Made by a program: the position numbers and the translations under genes. The notes beneath the pieces were generated by a model. The model did no database searches. It had not been told where the DNA came from and saw nothing but the letters and a program-made list of their open reading frames with translations. A stretch of 64,000 bases of DNA from Thermodesulfobacteriota bacterium (GTDB taxonomy: Bacteria; Desulfobacterota; Desulfobulbia; Desulfobulbales; SURF-16), in assembly GCA_039715015.1 (NCBI GenBank), contig JBDLIE010000007.1, positions 1-64,000 on the forward strand. Reading direction: 5' to 3'. Positions within the stretch are counted from its first letter, which is position 1, and every line of letters begins with the position of its first letter. Positions 20,729 through 31,583 of the stretch are shown here, piece by piece.

Positions 20729-23700
20729 CTACCAGCGGTAAAGAAGGGTGCCCAGAAGGTCCCTCGTTCGGTATTTATCCGATTCCTCAAACGAACTATC
20801 TATTTTCAGGAGCCAGGACTTGCTGATCTCCACATTGATACCAGCCCTAAACACCTGGGCGGTATCTTCATTCACGTCATAGGAGAAGCTATAGCCCGCA
20901 GTTAAATAACTTGGCGTAGAGCGCCCCAGGACATCATCTGAGAATTTATGTTTATAGTCTATAACAAAATGGTTGCGCCAATAATGCTCCGGCGACCAAT
21001 ACGGATGGTCATCTGTCGTAAAACCATCATCAAGCAGCACCCCTACTGCCTCATTTTTCTCCTGGGCATCAAGAAATTCATAAAAAATTGTTGCCTTGAG
21101 AAAATGGGGCTCCGGCAAGAAAACAGATGACAGCCAGATGGAATAGCCATTGATTACATTATCATCTGAATATTCTGTACGGCCAAGCTCACCACCGGCC
21201 TGAAGCCGGGGCATGAGATCGAGTTCAGCACTGGCCTCATATATATGGGCCATCAGAAGGCGTTCAACGCTGGCCAGTGTATCGGTTACAACTTGACGTT
21301 TAATGCCAATATAACTCTCAAAACGATCCCCGGCAAGCCCAGTGACGCTGAAATCAAAGACACCGACACTGGCATTATCGCCACTCAGAGCTTGCCCCCC
21401 CACTGTGGCTTGAAACTGTAAATAGTCATAAAAATTACTCGCCAATAAGAGATCTGCTTTGTTTGCGTACCGTGAATTGTGAGAGGTTGGCGACTCATAA
21501 TGAATGCGGGCCGCCGAAACCTTAATCTCCTTTTGTGGACTAGGAGAAAACCAGACAGAGGTACCATAATCGTCGCTGGCAAGATCGTAATACCCCTTCC
21601 GGCCAGTCTTCTCTCCGTGCTTAAAATAAAATCCTGTTTGCGGCCTTCGCTTGAGGTGATTTCTATTCATTGCCTCAATAAGTCCGGGAAAATCTGGGTT
21701 AAAATCCTGAAGACGCCTATAAATCATGCCCTCATCTCCCACCCGGTCCAGGCTACTATAGAGACCGGCAAGATCAAAAAGCAGCGTTGGGTCATCCTCA
21801 TCCCTGAGTAACCCCCCATACTGTTTTACAGCGCGATGATACTCTCTCCGTTGGACCGATTTTCTAGCTGCAAGTTCACGGTTTATCGTAATCTGCCACC
21901 TATAATCAGCATAAAAATCAGCTGCCTGACGTGCTACAGATTTATAATTACTGTTCATTGCAAAATCGGCACCAAGGCTCCTTTGCAGCGGGCTTGGCCG
22001 TCCCATTGGCTGGATAACCTTCATCCACATGGAAACTTCTTCATAGGGTGGCAATTCAAGCTTTTTCGCAGCGCATTGATCGAGAAAGGCCTGCTCAGCC
22101 ATTGGCGTCAGCGCCTGAGCATAAACAGCAAATGCCTCCTGCCAATGAAACAGGGCCCAGTTCAATCTGGCTTTGAGAAGCAAGGCATCGTACCATTTAT
22201 CATTAAAGGCAAGGGCCTTTTCGATCATTACCAAGCCCTTTTCATAATTACCTAAAGAAAGTGCAAGGCGTGCCCCAAAGAGGTTGAGCAGTCCGTTTTC
22301 AGGATAAGTGGCCAGCAAATTGTTTACCACGCTGTCAGCCTCATCGAACTCACCATTTAATTCGAGAATGCGGATATAGCGCAGCAAAAAACCGAGGGAG
22401 AGAGAAGCTTTGTCCCGCAATGACCTGCCTGAGGCGCTGGCCATCTGATAGAGATGATCTGTGAGGCTTACCTCCATAAGGTCGCTCAGCAGGCCCAAGT
22501 CAGAGTCAGCAAACTCCAATGCCTGGGCAATGGCTTCTTTAACCTTTGTCTCTTCCCCCATCTCCTCATGCAACCTGACTATTTGGGTATAGACATGAGT
22601 ATGTTTCGTGCCACTGGCCACAAGGGCAGAAAGAGTGGACAAACTAATATCGTCATCGCCCTCCCCAAGATAGGCCGCTGCCAACAGCACATCTACCTCA
22701 ACACGCTGTTCAGAAGAGCAGACAGCTGCAGAAGAAGAAAGAAGCTCCTTCGCTAAAAACAGGGCATCTTCGTATTCTTCAAGATCATTAAGGATCCTGA
22801 TCTCATAAAGAGATCTCTGGCAACGATATTTTTTTGAGTCCGTGGGGATAATGTCAAACCAGGCTTCCGCCTCGCGAATATTCCCAAGAACGAGATTGAT
22901 GTCGACCAAGCCAAAAAGTGCTTGAAGATCATGACCTTCAAGCCAGGCTATGCGATACGCCTGTTCAGCTTCATTTAAAAATCCATAAAGCCTGTATACT
23001 TCTGCCATATCTAGCCGGGCCTGAACCTGGACCTCAAGAGTCCCCTCTGACAGCAGCCCTTTATAGAGATTCTGGGCTTTGATCAGTTCACCAGAACGCG
23101 CCAAGGCCCGGGCATAGACAAGTCTACCGGCAGGAAGGAGAAAAAGCGCCTTGTCCGCCAGGAGATCAGCCTGCTCCCGGACAACATCCAGACGCCCCAG
23201 TGATCCGGCAATATCGAGAAAATCCAGACGGTTTCTATCAGAAGCATCATCCTTACCAACAACCTCTGCCATATCTTTGAAGGCATGTTCCGGCAAACCA
23301 AGAAAATAGTAGATACGCGCTCGAACAGCCAAAAATTCAGGCGAAAAGAATTCCAGCGCCATTAAGGGCTCAAAAAGCTGCCAGCCCTTACTGCTATTGC
23401 CCTGAAGAAAATAAAACTCTGCCAGCTTTAGGGTCACCAGATGATTATTGGCATCGATAGAGTGAATTTCCTCAAGCATGGCAACCATATCGGCCCTGCG
23501 CCCCAAAATCTCATAGAGAGAAACCATCTCCAACCGGCTGGCAATATCTTCTGGCTGGGAAGCCGCGATCTTTTGCCATTCTGCCAGGGCCTGATTATAT
23601 TGTCCGGTGGCAGTAAGATTTTTCGCCAGATTGACGAGATATTTTTCGTTCCCACCCTCTCCTGTAACGAGGCTCTGGTACTGATCTACCGCCTTTTTCT

Positions 23701-24826
23701 TGTCACCAGTGTCAGTAAAAACCTCTGCTGCCTGAAGACGAATATCAGCGGGAGGATTTTTTTCAAGGCGCAAATATAGATCAAAGAATCGGGCACTTTT
23801 ATTGACATCTCCTGTTGCCTTATAACTTTGAGCAAGAAGGAGATTCTCCTGGATATGGTCAGGAAATTCGCGCAGATATTGTTCGAGAAAAGAAATCGCC
23901 TTGGCGTATTTATGGGAATCGGCATAGATAGCGCCAATACGACCAGCGAGAATATTATTATTAGGATCCTTACTATAACCATGCAGGAGGTGGGGAAGGG
24001 CTTCAGCCTCACGCCCCTGTGCACTGTAATATTCGCCCAGATGGGCATGAGCTGGGGAGTAGTCTGGACGAAAGACAATGAGTTTCTGCCAATATTCAGC
24101 AGCGAGATGGGTCAATCCGAGGCGATCATGGACCTGGGCCACAAGAAGAATGAGATCGAAAGACGCTTCTTCTGAGTTTGCCAGAGATGCCCCAAGAGCT
24201 TGAGCTTGCTGATCATTGCCCTGCTCAACATAGAGGTGGAACAAGGCTTTCTGAAGGGAAACATCGTCCGATTTTTTCCGATGCAAACCTTCTAAAACAG
24301 GCAATGCCTTTACCTTTTCGCCAAGTGTCATATAGGCCTTGTAAAGGTTCATCCCCACATCAAATCTTTCATTATCAGCCGCCCACACCCTGGCAAGATA
24401 AACCACACCCCGCCTGGTTTTACCGGTGGACAAAAGAAGAACTCCTTGGGCCTGTTGATAAAAGAGATTGTCTGGATTTCTATCGAGAAGAATTTCTAAA
24501 TTTTCTCCGGCAGCCTCGTGCCTCTCCAAGACAAGAAGAAGCTGGACATATTCCCACCTGGCCTCCAGCAGCTCCGGGCGTTGACTGAGAAGCCACTTAT
24601 AAAGATTTAGTGCTGCAACCGGTCTCTCCTGCCGAACTTCCTCCCGGGCGGCCATCCAACTAGCAAACCACTCCTGTCCAGATTCGCTGGTGGAGACAAG
24701 ACGGTCAGGAACAATAGCCGTTCTCTGGGCCAACAGGGCCTGTTCCATCCGCGCCTCCAAAGAGAGGGGCAGAATCATTGCGGTCAAGAAGAAGAAAGAT
24801 ATGAAGAGTGTTTTTCGAACGGCCAT
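20729..24826 (-). CDS. Large exported TPR-repeat protein with a probable C-terminal outer-membrane beta-barrel
   Basis: Signal peptide, about 1000 aa of TPR-like repeats, beta-strand-rich C-terminal region ending in aromatic W. Confidence 0.75.
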   Translation of the reverse strand: MAVRKTLFISFFFLTAMILPLSLEARMEQALLAQRTAIVPDRLVSTSESGQEWFASWMAAREEVRQERPVAALNLYKWLLSQRPELLEARWEYVQLLLVLERHEAAGENLEILLDRNPDNLFYQQAQGVLLLSTGKTRRGVVYLARVWAADNERFDVGMNLYKAYMTLGEKVKALPVLEGLHRKKSDDVSLQKALFHLYVEQGNDQQAQALGASLANSEEASFDLILLVAQVHDRLGLTHLAAEYWQKLIVFRPDYSPAHAHLGEYYSAQGREAEALPHLLHGYSKDPNNNILAGRIGAIYADSHKYAKAISFLEQYLREFPDHIQENLLLAQSYKATGDVNKSARFFDLYLRLEKNPPADIRLQAAEVFTDTGDKKKAVDQYQSLVTGEGGNEKYLVNLAKNLTATGQYNQALAEWQKIAASQPEDIASRLEMVSLYEILGRRADMVAMLEEIHSIDANNHLVTLKLAEFYFLQGNSSKGWQLFEPLMALEFFSPEFLAVRARIYYFLGLPEHAFKDMAEVVGKDDASDRNRLDFLDIAGSLGRLDVVREQADLLADKALFLLPAGRLVYARALARSGELIKAQNLYKGLLSEGTLEVQVQARLDMAEVYRLYGFLNEAEQAYRIAWLEGHDLQALFGLVDINLVLGNIREAEAWFDIIPTDSKKYRCQRSLYEIRILNDLEEYEDALFLAKELLSSSAAVCSSEQRVEVDVLLAAAYLGEGDDDISLSTLSALVASGTKHTHVYTQIVRLHEEMGEETKVKEAIAQALEFADSDLGLLSDLMEVSLTDHLYQMASASGRSLRDKASLSLGFLLRYIRILELNGEFDEADSVVNNLLATYPENGLLNLFGARLALSLGNYEKGLVMIEKALAFNDKWYDALLLKARLNWALFHWQEAFAVYAQALTPMAEQAFLDQCAAKKLELPPYEEVSMWMKVIQPMGRPSPLQRSLGADFAMNSNYKSVARQAADFYADYRWQITINRELAARKSVQRREYHRAVKQYGGLLRDEDDPTLLFDLAGLYSSLDRVGDEGMIYRRLQDFNPDFPGLIEAMNRNHLKRRPQTGFYFKHGEKTGRKGYYDLASDDYGTSVWFSPSPQKEIKVSAARIHYESPTSHNSRYANKADLLLASNFYDYLQFQATVGGQALSGDNASVGVFDFSVTGLAGDRFESYIGIKRQVVTDTLASVERLLMAHIYEASAELDLMPRLQAGGELGRTEYSDDNVINGYSIWLSSVFLPEPHFLKATIFYEFLDAQEKNEAVGVLLDDGFTTDDHPYWSPEHYWRNHFVIDYKHKFSDDVLGRSTPSYLTAGYSFSYDVNEDTAQVFRAGINVEISKSWLLKIDSSFEESDKYRTRDLLGTLLYRW

Positions 24827-24921
24827 CAACAAAAAAGAGGGAGCAAAGTCCCTCTTTCCTTAAGTTCTCGAATTATTTGTCCATAGTCACCGTTAAACAA
24901 GGAGCCCTACCCTAGTCTGGG

Positions 24922-26118
24922 TTAAATCATTCCTCGCTCCTGATAAAAAGCCAAGATCTGGGCCACGACAAATTCTAGCATTTCGGTGCTTAATTCAGGG
25001 AAAATGGGTAATGCCAAGGTTTCTGCAGAGGCCTTATCAGTCTCCGGCAAAGCCGCTCCCTGCCATCCTGCCTTAACAAGACATTCCTGGCGATGCAACG
25101 GCACAGGGTAGTATATCTCTACCCCCACATCATGATTAAGGAGATAATCCCGCAAGGCATCCCGGTCATGGGCGCGAATAACAAACTGATTATAGATATG
25201 GTAATCTGCTCCCTCAACAGGGTCATCGGCAAATTTCCGATAGAGGGCCTGGGGCAGCTCAACCAGACCTTTTTCCATGAGCCCGGTTGCCGCAAACAAC
25301 GATTCATAGGTTTGGGCATTTCGCCTTCTTCCTTTATGCCACTCAGGCAGATAGCGCAGCTTAATATCAAGAATGGCCGCCTGTAAGGCGTCAAGACGAA
25401 AATTACCACCTAAAACACCATGGTAGTATTTAGGTTTACCACCATGCCCTCTCAGCACATCAAGTTCTTCACCAAAAGCTGCATCCTGAACCGTTATCAT
25501 GCCGCCATCTCCCATGCCCCCCAAGTTCTTACTGGGGAAAAAAGAAAAACAGCCGGCAGCTCCGAAGCTTCCCGCCCTTTGCCAATGGACATCATCTCCT
25601 TGGCCAACGGGAAAACAAGAGCCAATGGCCTGGGCAGCATCTTCAACAACAGGAAGTTGATACTCTGCAGCAAGAGACATAATTTCGTTCATGTCAGCAC
25701 ATTGTCCATAAAGGTGAACCGGGATTATGGCCTTGATATCTTTGTCGCCCTGGCGCAGGACTTCACGCATCTTTTCGGGAGATATATTGAAGCTATGCGG
25801 GTCAATATCTGCAAAAACAGGGGTGGCGCCAAGCCTCAAGATCGAGCCCATAGTAGCGAAAAATGAATAGGATGAGGTAAGCACCTTATCACCGGGGCCG
25901 ATCCCCAATCCCATCAAGGCACAGAGGAGAGCATCCGTACCACTTGATACTCCAATCCCCCTTTGGGCCTGGCAATAAGCAGCAACATTTTTCTCAAACT
26001 TAGCAACATCAGGGCCAAGGATATACATGGAGGAATCCATCACCCTGGTAATTTCAGCCAAAACTTCATCCCGAATAGGTCCAAGCTGACCACGCAAATC
26101 TAAAAGAGAAACTTTCAT
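24922..26118 (-). CDS. DegT/DnrJ/EryC1/StrS PLP-dependent aminotransferase
   Basis: SSGTDAL, PVHLYGQ, EDAAQAIG, SFFPSKNLG. Confidence 0.93.
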   Translation of the reverse strand: MKVSLLDLRGQLGPIRDEVLAEITRVMDSSMYILGPDVAKFEKNVAAYCQAQRGIGVSSGTDALLCALMGLGIGPGDKVLTSSYSFFATMGSILRLGATPVFADIDPHSFNISPEKMREVLRQGDKDIKAIIPVHLYGQCADMNEIMSLAAEYQLPVVEDAAQAIGSCFPVGQGDDVHWQRAGSFGAAGCFSFFPSKNLGGMGDGGMITVQDAAFGEELDVLRGHGGKPKYYHGVLGGNFRLDALQAAILDIKLRYLPEWHKGRRRNAQTYESLFAATGLMEKGLVELPQALYRKFADDPVEGADYHIYNQFVIRAHDRDALRDYLLNHDVGVEIYYPVPLHRQECLVKAGWQGAALPETDKASAETLALPIFPELSTEMLEFVVAQILAFYQERGMI

Positions 26119-26184
26119 TTCCTTATTCCTTTCATCACAGATAGTGATGGTTCATCATTAAAAAAATAGCGCCTTAGAACGTAA

Positions 26185-27147
26185 TTAATTTTGCCATTGA
26201 CCAAAGACCTGGTCGAGAAAATTATGGATATCGGGGACTTCTTGCTCAAGATATTTCTTCATCTTCTTCAGCAAATTTGCCTCAATCTGCCGGACCCGTT
26301 CCCGCGAGATGCCGAACTGGTCAGCAATGTCTTGAAGGGTCAATGGTTCATCACTTAATAAGCGAGCAGCCAAAATAACCTGTTCTTTTTCATTAAGGTT
26401 ATCCCTGAGTTTAGCAAGCAGTTCAACCATCCGCTCGCGCACCTCAACCTCAGCAACCTTTTGCTCCACGGAAGGACCGACATCAGGCAGAAAACTTTTC
26501 TGGTCATCATCAGAGTCTTCACGGACCGGACTCTCAAGGGAGATATCCCAATTGTCCATGCGTTGGCTCATCTCAATGACTTCACTCTCCTTTACCTTGA
26601 GACGTTCGGCAAGGAGTTTAGCCTCTGGTTTAAAGCCCTGGCTTTCTAAAAGTTTACGCTCCTTATTAAGACTAAAAAAGAGTTTACGCTGGGCCTGGGT
26701 GGTGCCGATTTTTACCAGACGCCAATTATCCATTATAAACTTGAGGATGTAGGCGCGTATCCAGTAGGCTGCATAATAGGAAAATTTGACCCCCCGGTAG
26801 GGGTCGAACTTTTTAACAGCCTGCACCAAGCCAACATTCCCCTCCTGAATAAGGTCGAGGAAATTCTGCATCCAGTATTTCTGAAAATCCATGGATACCT
26901 TGACCACCAAACGCAGATTGGCGGTGACCAATCGGTAGGCGGCATCAGGATCATTTTCCTCATGAAACTTACGGGCAAGCTTATCTGTCTCCTCCCGAGT
27001 CAGGAGGGCATGCTGGCTGATTTCCTGCAAATAGCGATGCAGACCTGTCTGGCTTGCCGCTGGCAGATTAGGATCATCAGGCAGGGTAACCAGGGCGTGG
27101 AGATTTGACTTATCTGTGGTAATTTTATCGGTGTTTTTTTTCTTCAC
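26185..27147 (-). CDS. rpoH: RNA polymerase sigma-32 factor
   Basis: DLIQEGNVGL, RpoH box QRKLFFSLN, region 4 ISRERVRQIE. Confidence 0.92.
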   Translation of the reverse strand: MKKKNTDKITTDKSNLHALVTLPDDPNLPAASQTGLHRYLQEISQHALLTREETDKLARKFHEENDPDAAYRLVTANLRLVVKVSMDFQKYWMQNFLDLIQEGNVGLVQAVKKFDPYRGVKFSYYAAYWIRAYILKFIMDNWRLVKIGTTQAQRKLFFSLNKERKLLESQGFKPEAKLLAERLKVKESEVIEMSQRMDNWDISLESPVREDSDDDQKSFLPDVGPSVEQKVAEVEVRERMVELLAKLRDNLNEKEQVILAARLLSDEPLTLQDIADQFGISRERVRQIEANLLKKMKKYLEQEVPDIHNFLDQVFGQWQN

Positions 27148-27389
27148 CGTTGGCGATATTCCTCAATATATAAATCGGCTGGAAGCCCTTTTCCAGGCCC
27201 CCTGAACCATTATTTTCCCCTTTCAAAGCCCTTGCCAAACAACTATCAAAAACGCAATCTAACACACTACCATTTACGCACACAAAAAGCGCGTCTTTTT
27301 ACCCATAAGCAAAGGTTACTCCCTCGCACAACCTTGCAAGTTATTGAAAAAGTAAAATTATAGCGCCAAAGCAATCCTGGCTGTTCTTC

Positions 27390-27418
27390 TTGACAAGCGA
27401 AGACCTCTTCTTTATAGA
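27390..27418 (+). promoter_or_regulatory. Putative sigma70 promoter of lepA
   Basis: TTGACA-17 bp-TATAGA. Confidence 0.55.
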
Positions 27419-27534
27419 GCTTCAAGAGAGAATTTCTGCGTAGAGCAAAAAAGGCAAACGCATTTTCCCTTCAGTCGTTCCGATCATCCCCTTCCCCCCT
27501 TCGCCCCTCAAGAGCCGGTAAACGAAATTTACAA

Positions 27535-29334
27535 ATGAAAAATATTCGTAACTTCAGCATAATAGCCCATATTGACCATGGAAAATCCACTTTGGCCGAC
27601 CGCCTTATCCAACAATGCAACATGGTCTCTGATCGGGAATTTAAAGATCAGCTCCTTGACAATATGGACATTGAGCGCGAACGCGGCATTACCATTAAGA
27701 GCCAAACCATCTGCCTGCCTTACAAGGCCAGGGATGGCAAGGAATATGTTCTCAACCTGGTTGACACCCCAGGTCATGTTGATTTCAGCTATGAGGTTTC
27801 TCGGGCCCTTAACTCCTGCGAAGGTGCCCTTTTACTCATCGATGCCGCCCAGGGCGTAGAGGCCCAGACCCTGGCCAACCTCTATCTGGCCATGGAAAAC
27901 GATCTGGAAGTCATTCCAGTCATAAACAAGATTGACCTCCCTTCTGCTGACCCAGAGATGGTTTCCCTGCAGATTGAAGAGGATCTCGGCCTCGACATGG
28001 ACACGGTTCAGATGTGTTCAGCAAAAACAGGCCAAGGTGTGGACGAGATACTTGAGGCAATTGTCACCCTTCTCCCTCCTCCACAAGAGGGCGACCCTGA
28101 GGCTCCGCTCCAGGTTCTCATTTTTGACGCCAGCTATGACCCTTTTCGCGGCACAATTATCTCAGTGCGTGTCATTAACGGCACCATTAAGGCCGGCGAC
28201 ACGATCATCTTCATGTCAAACAACGCCTCCTACAAGGTAGAGGAGGTGGGCATCTTTCGTCTCAAAAAAGAACCTAAGAAGAGTCTACAGGCCGGCGAGG
28301 TAGGATATATTCTGGCCGGGGTTAAAACAGTCAGCGACACCAGGCCAGGCGACACGATCACCCATAAGAACAAACCATGTGCGGCACCGCTGAAGGGTTT
28401 CAAAGAGATCCAGCAGGTCGTTTTTTCTTCTATCTATCCCATCTCCACAGATGACTATGAAAACCTGTCTGCCGCCATGGAGAAGCTCAAACTAAATGAT
28501 GCGGCCCTGACATTTCAGAAGGATGCCTCCACAGCCCTTGGCTTTGGTTTCCGTTGCGGTTTTTTGGGACTACTCCATCTTGAGGTTATCCAGGAGCGCC
28601 TAGAGCGGGAATTTGATATTCCGATCATTCTCACCGTCCCCTCTGTCTGCTACTATTTCCATCTTACAGATGGCTCAATGACCGAGGTGGACAATCCGGC
28701 CTATTTCCCTGACCCAGCCACCATTGCCTCCACGGAAGAACCCTACATCAAGGCCACCATTCACATCCCAGAGAAATACATGGGGGCCGTGATGACCCTG
28801 TGCATGGAACGGCGAGGTGAAAACACCCACTACCACTACCCCATGCCGGGCCGGATTGAGCTCACCTGCGAACTGCCTTTAGCTGAGGTCATCTACGATT
28901 TCTACGACCGCCTTAAGTCAGTGACCCAAGGTTATGGTTCTTTTGACTATGAACTGACTGATTACCGCAAGAGCGACTTGGTGAAACTGGATATTCTCGT
29001 TAATGGCGAAAAGGTGGACGCCCTCTCCCAGCTCGTCCATCGCGCCAACTCCCGGGCCCGTGGCCTGCATGCCTGCGAAAAACTCAAGGAAGAAATCCCC
29101 CGCCAGATGTTCAAGATCGCTATCCAGGGCGCCATTGGCGGCAACATTGTTTCCCGAACCACCATTGCCGCCCTGCGGAAAGATGTCACCGCCAAATGCT
29201 ACGGCGGCGATATCACCCGGAAGCGCAAGCTCCTTGAAAAGCAGAAGGCCGGCAAAAAACGGATGAAAACCGTTGGTAATGTCGAAATCCCCCAGAAGGC
29301 CTTCCTGGCAGTTTTGAAGAGCGATCAGGGGTAG
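27535..29334 (+). CDS. lepA: Elongation factor 4
   Basis: [42 protein letters not shown]. Confidence 0.99.
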   Translation: MKNIRNFSIIAHIDHGKSTLADRLIQQCNMVSDREFKDQLLDNMDIERERGITIKSQTICLPYKARDGKEYVLNLVDTPGHVDFSYEVSRALNSCEGALLLIDAAQGVEAQTLANLYLAMENDLEVIPVINKIDLPSADPEMVSLQIEEDLGLDMDTVQMCSAKTGQGVDEILEAIVTLLPPPQEGDPEAPLQVLIFDASYDPFRGTIISVRVINGTIKAGDTIIFMSNNASYKVEEVGIFRLKKEPKKSLQAGEVGYILAGVKTVSDTRPGDTITHKNKPCAAPLKGFKEIQQVVFSSIYPISTDDYENLSAAMEKLKLNDAALTFQKDASTALGFGFRCGFLGLLHLEVIQERLEREFDIPIILTVPSVCYYFHLTDGSMTEVDNPAYFPDPATIASTEEPYIKATIHIPEKYMGAVMTLCMERRGENTHYHYPMPGRIELTCELPLAEVIYDFYDRLKSVTQGYGSFDYELTDYRKSDLVKLDILVNGEKVDALSQLVHRANSRARGLHACEKLKEEIPRQMFKIAIQGAIGGNIVSRTTIAALRKDVTAKCYGGDITRKRKLLEKQKAGKKRMKTVGNVEIPQKAFLAVLKSDQG

Positions 29335-29412
29335 TTACGAGAAATTCTGCTTCAGACAATTTTCTTATCTTAAATAGGGCGAAGAACTTAAGAGATTTGC
29401 CACTACATCTGC

Positions 29413-29595
29413 TTAGCCGGCATCCGGGAGTTGCCGGGTTTGAAGTTTGACTACTTCCACCAGGGTTTCTAAGCGAACAACCCTTTTGTCGACATCGACC
29501 ACGTGATCTTCAAGGCGTTCGATATCCTTGTTTAAGCGTTTCACCTCATCGGTGAGCTTGAGCATATCGAGGAGTAATTCTTTCCAGCCGGCCAT
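29413..29595 (-). CDS. Small coiled-coil hypothetical protein (60 aa)
   Basis: TGATG overlap with the upstream RHH gene; heptad pattern DKRVVRLETLVE. Confidence 0.7.
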   Translation of the reverse strand: MAGWKELLLDMLKLTDEVKRLNKDIERLEDHVVDVDKRVVRLETLVEVVKLQTRQLPDAG

Positions 29596-29873
29596 CAGTC
29601 CTGCCCCATCCCTAATTTCTGCAAAGTTTTACCTAAGCGCTTTCGTGTGTTTTGGGTATCTTCAATCGCTTCTTTTACCCGCACCGAGACAAGTTCTAAT
29701 AATTCCGGAGCCCCCATACCCTCGAGGTCGGGCTCATAAGCATCAATGGCCTGGCGGACGATTTCCGCAGCGGAAGCCCCTCTTTCTTTAGCAAGACGAT
29801 CAAGCTTTTCTATTTGATTTGATGAAATCAGGTATTGCTTTCTGATGAGGTTGGACGATTGAGTTGCCTGCAT
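29595..29873 (-). CDS. Ribbon-helix-helix (CopG-like) DNA-binding protein
   Basis: RKQYLIS...LDRLAKERGASAAEIVRQAIDAY RHH pattern; GGGAG RBS. Confidence 0.82.
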   Translation of the reverse strand: MQATQSSNLIRKQYLISSNQIEKLDRLAKERGASAAEIVRQAIDAYEPDLEGMGAPELLELVSVRVKEAIEDTQNTRKRLGKTLQKLGMGQD

Positions 29874-29908
29874 GAACAGATCTCCCTTTATATTTTGGTC
29901 ATGCTTAC

Positions 29909-29937
29909 AACATACTCATACACAACAACATACACAA
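29909..29937 (-). promoter_or_regulatory. Putative promoter of the RHH operon, overlapped by direct repeats
   Basis: TTGTGT-17 bp-TATGTT on the minus strand; CATACACAA repeated at 29917 and 29929. Confidence 0.5.
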
Positions 29938-30012
29938 GGCCAAAGAAGATAATATGACAAGGCAGGATTTAGAGAAATTGAAGTCCCATGATGGGCAAGG
30001 GCCAACAACTGC

Positions 30013-30282
30013 TCAACTCAAGCCAGCCTTGCCCTTATGGGATATATGCTCAATGGCCATCCCGGCCTGCTGACCAAGGTGCTCGAAGCTTGCAAAACTG
30101 TCATCATCCAAGGGCCTGCCGCTGGGTTGACGATCCGCATAAAAGACACCAATAGGAAGACCATTGACAAGGATGGGTGTCACAAAGAATGTGTTGGCTT
30201 CTAAGATGGTCTTGATCTGGCGTATGATTTCTGGGTGGTAAGGTGTTAATCTGGTGTTGTGGACCCAAAGTTCTTGTCTACG
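30013..30282 (-). pseudogene. C-terminal GAF-like fragment of an HDOD-GAF type signalling protein
   Basis: Startless open frame QELWVHN...FFVTPILVNGLPIGVFYADRQPSGRPLDDDSFASFEHLGQQAGMAIEHI, with an in-frame stop immediately upstream. Confidence 0.65.
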
Positions 30283-30456
30283 TTATCTCCGAGTAAAAAC
30301 TAGTAATAATTAGATAAGAAAACACTCACGCTAAATCAAGGAATTATTTTTATCCTTGCAACTGAAAGGTGTTAGGGTAAAAATAAGTAAAGCAGTAGAT
30401 ATGTTTTGAAAAGTGGTGACTAAACAGTGACCAAGTTGTTATCGGGGAGGAGGGAG

Positions 30457-31419
30457 ATGAAAGCACTATTGAGTCTAGGGATCTTATGTGTCGTTGCTGT
30501 TATTGCGCTATCAGGTTGTGTTCCTGCAACTTCTACCCTCTGGGATGATTATCGCTTATACCCCAACCACAAGGCTTATGCAATTGGCAACAATGAAAAA
30601 GCCGGTGCAGCATGGGGCCAGAAAACACCTAAAGAAGCCATTCACCTTGCCCTTAATTATTGCAAAACATCGGGTGGTATAAATTGTAGGGTTATTGATA
30701 TAAACAACAGCCCCCATAAGCAACAACATCGTGTTAATAACGAAGAAAAAACTATGGTTTCAGCAGCGACAGGTTTTTTTGTTAGCGAACAAACACTTGT
30801 TACTGCATATCACGCAATATCTTTTTCTAATAACGACAAGGGGGTACCTCCACCCTGTGACTCGCTGGCCATCAGGCATGGACAAAGCACATTTGATGCA
30901 GAGCTTGTCGGCGCTGATGCACTTAATGACATTGCTCTGTTGAAGACGACTGGAGTAAAACATAACATTGCGCAACTACGTGAAGATCTGAGACCACAAA
31001 AAGGTGAACCTATAATGGCATTTGGTTACCCTTTTTCAAGTCTTCTTTCTGATGAAGCCAAGATAACTGACGGGATAATTAACTCAACATCTGGATATTA
31101 CAATGACACTAGATTGCTCCAAATTTCAGCCCCCGTTCAGCCTGGCAACAGTGGTGGCCCATTAATAGACAAAAGCGGAGCGGTTGCGGGAATAGTTTTA
31201 CAATCACTGAGCCCCGCATATACTTCGTACTCATCTGGAGAAATCACAATTCCTCAAAATGTCAATTTTGCTATTAAGTCATCGTTATTGATAGATTTTC
31301 TTATACAGTTTAACATCTCATATGAGTTGCAAAATAATAGTAATACATACACACCAATTGATATTGCTAGCGAGGCAGGAAAATATACTGCCAAGGTTAT
31401 CTGCTATCAAGAACTCTAG
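30457..31419 (+). CDS. Trypsin-like (S1C-type) serine protease lipoprotein without PDZ
   Basis: Lipobox LSGC; catalytic triad motifs TAYHA, DIALL, GNSGGP. Confidence 0.85.
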   Translation: MKALLSLGILCVVAVIALSGCVPATSTLWDDYRLYPNHKAYAIGNNEKAGAAWGQKTPKEAIHLALNYCKTSGGINCRVIDINNSPHKQQHRVNNEEKTMVSAATGFFVSEQTLVTAYHAISFSNNDKGVPPPCDSLAIRHGQSTFDAELVGADALNDIALLKTTGVKHNIAQLREDLRPQKGEPIMAFGYPFSSLLSDEAKITDGIINSTSGYYNDTRLLQISAPVQPGNSGGPLIDKSGAVAGIVLQSLSPAYTSYSSGEITIPQNVNFAIKSSLLIDFLIQFNISYELQNNSNTYTPIDIASEAGKYTAKVICYQEL

Positions 31420-31501
31420 CCTATCAAGAAGCCTTATATTTTTATCTGATTACCACCATGTTTCAGCCCTTATCTCATCATCAAGCGACAAATAGGGACC
31501 T

Positions 31502-31583
31502 GTAGGAGCTCACCCCTGTGAGCGGTGGATGACCTGACGAGTCACAATTTTCTCTTTATCGCCCGGAGGGCCGGGTGCCCCGC
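31502..31583. repeat. Degenerate GTAG-type REP pair (REPIN-like)
   Basis: GTAGGA-GCTCAC-CCCT-GTGAGC followed by an inverted CCCGG-AGGG-CCGGG palindromic unit. Confidence 0.45.
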
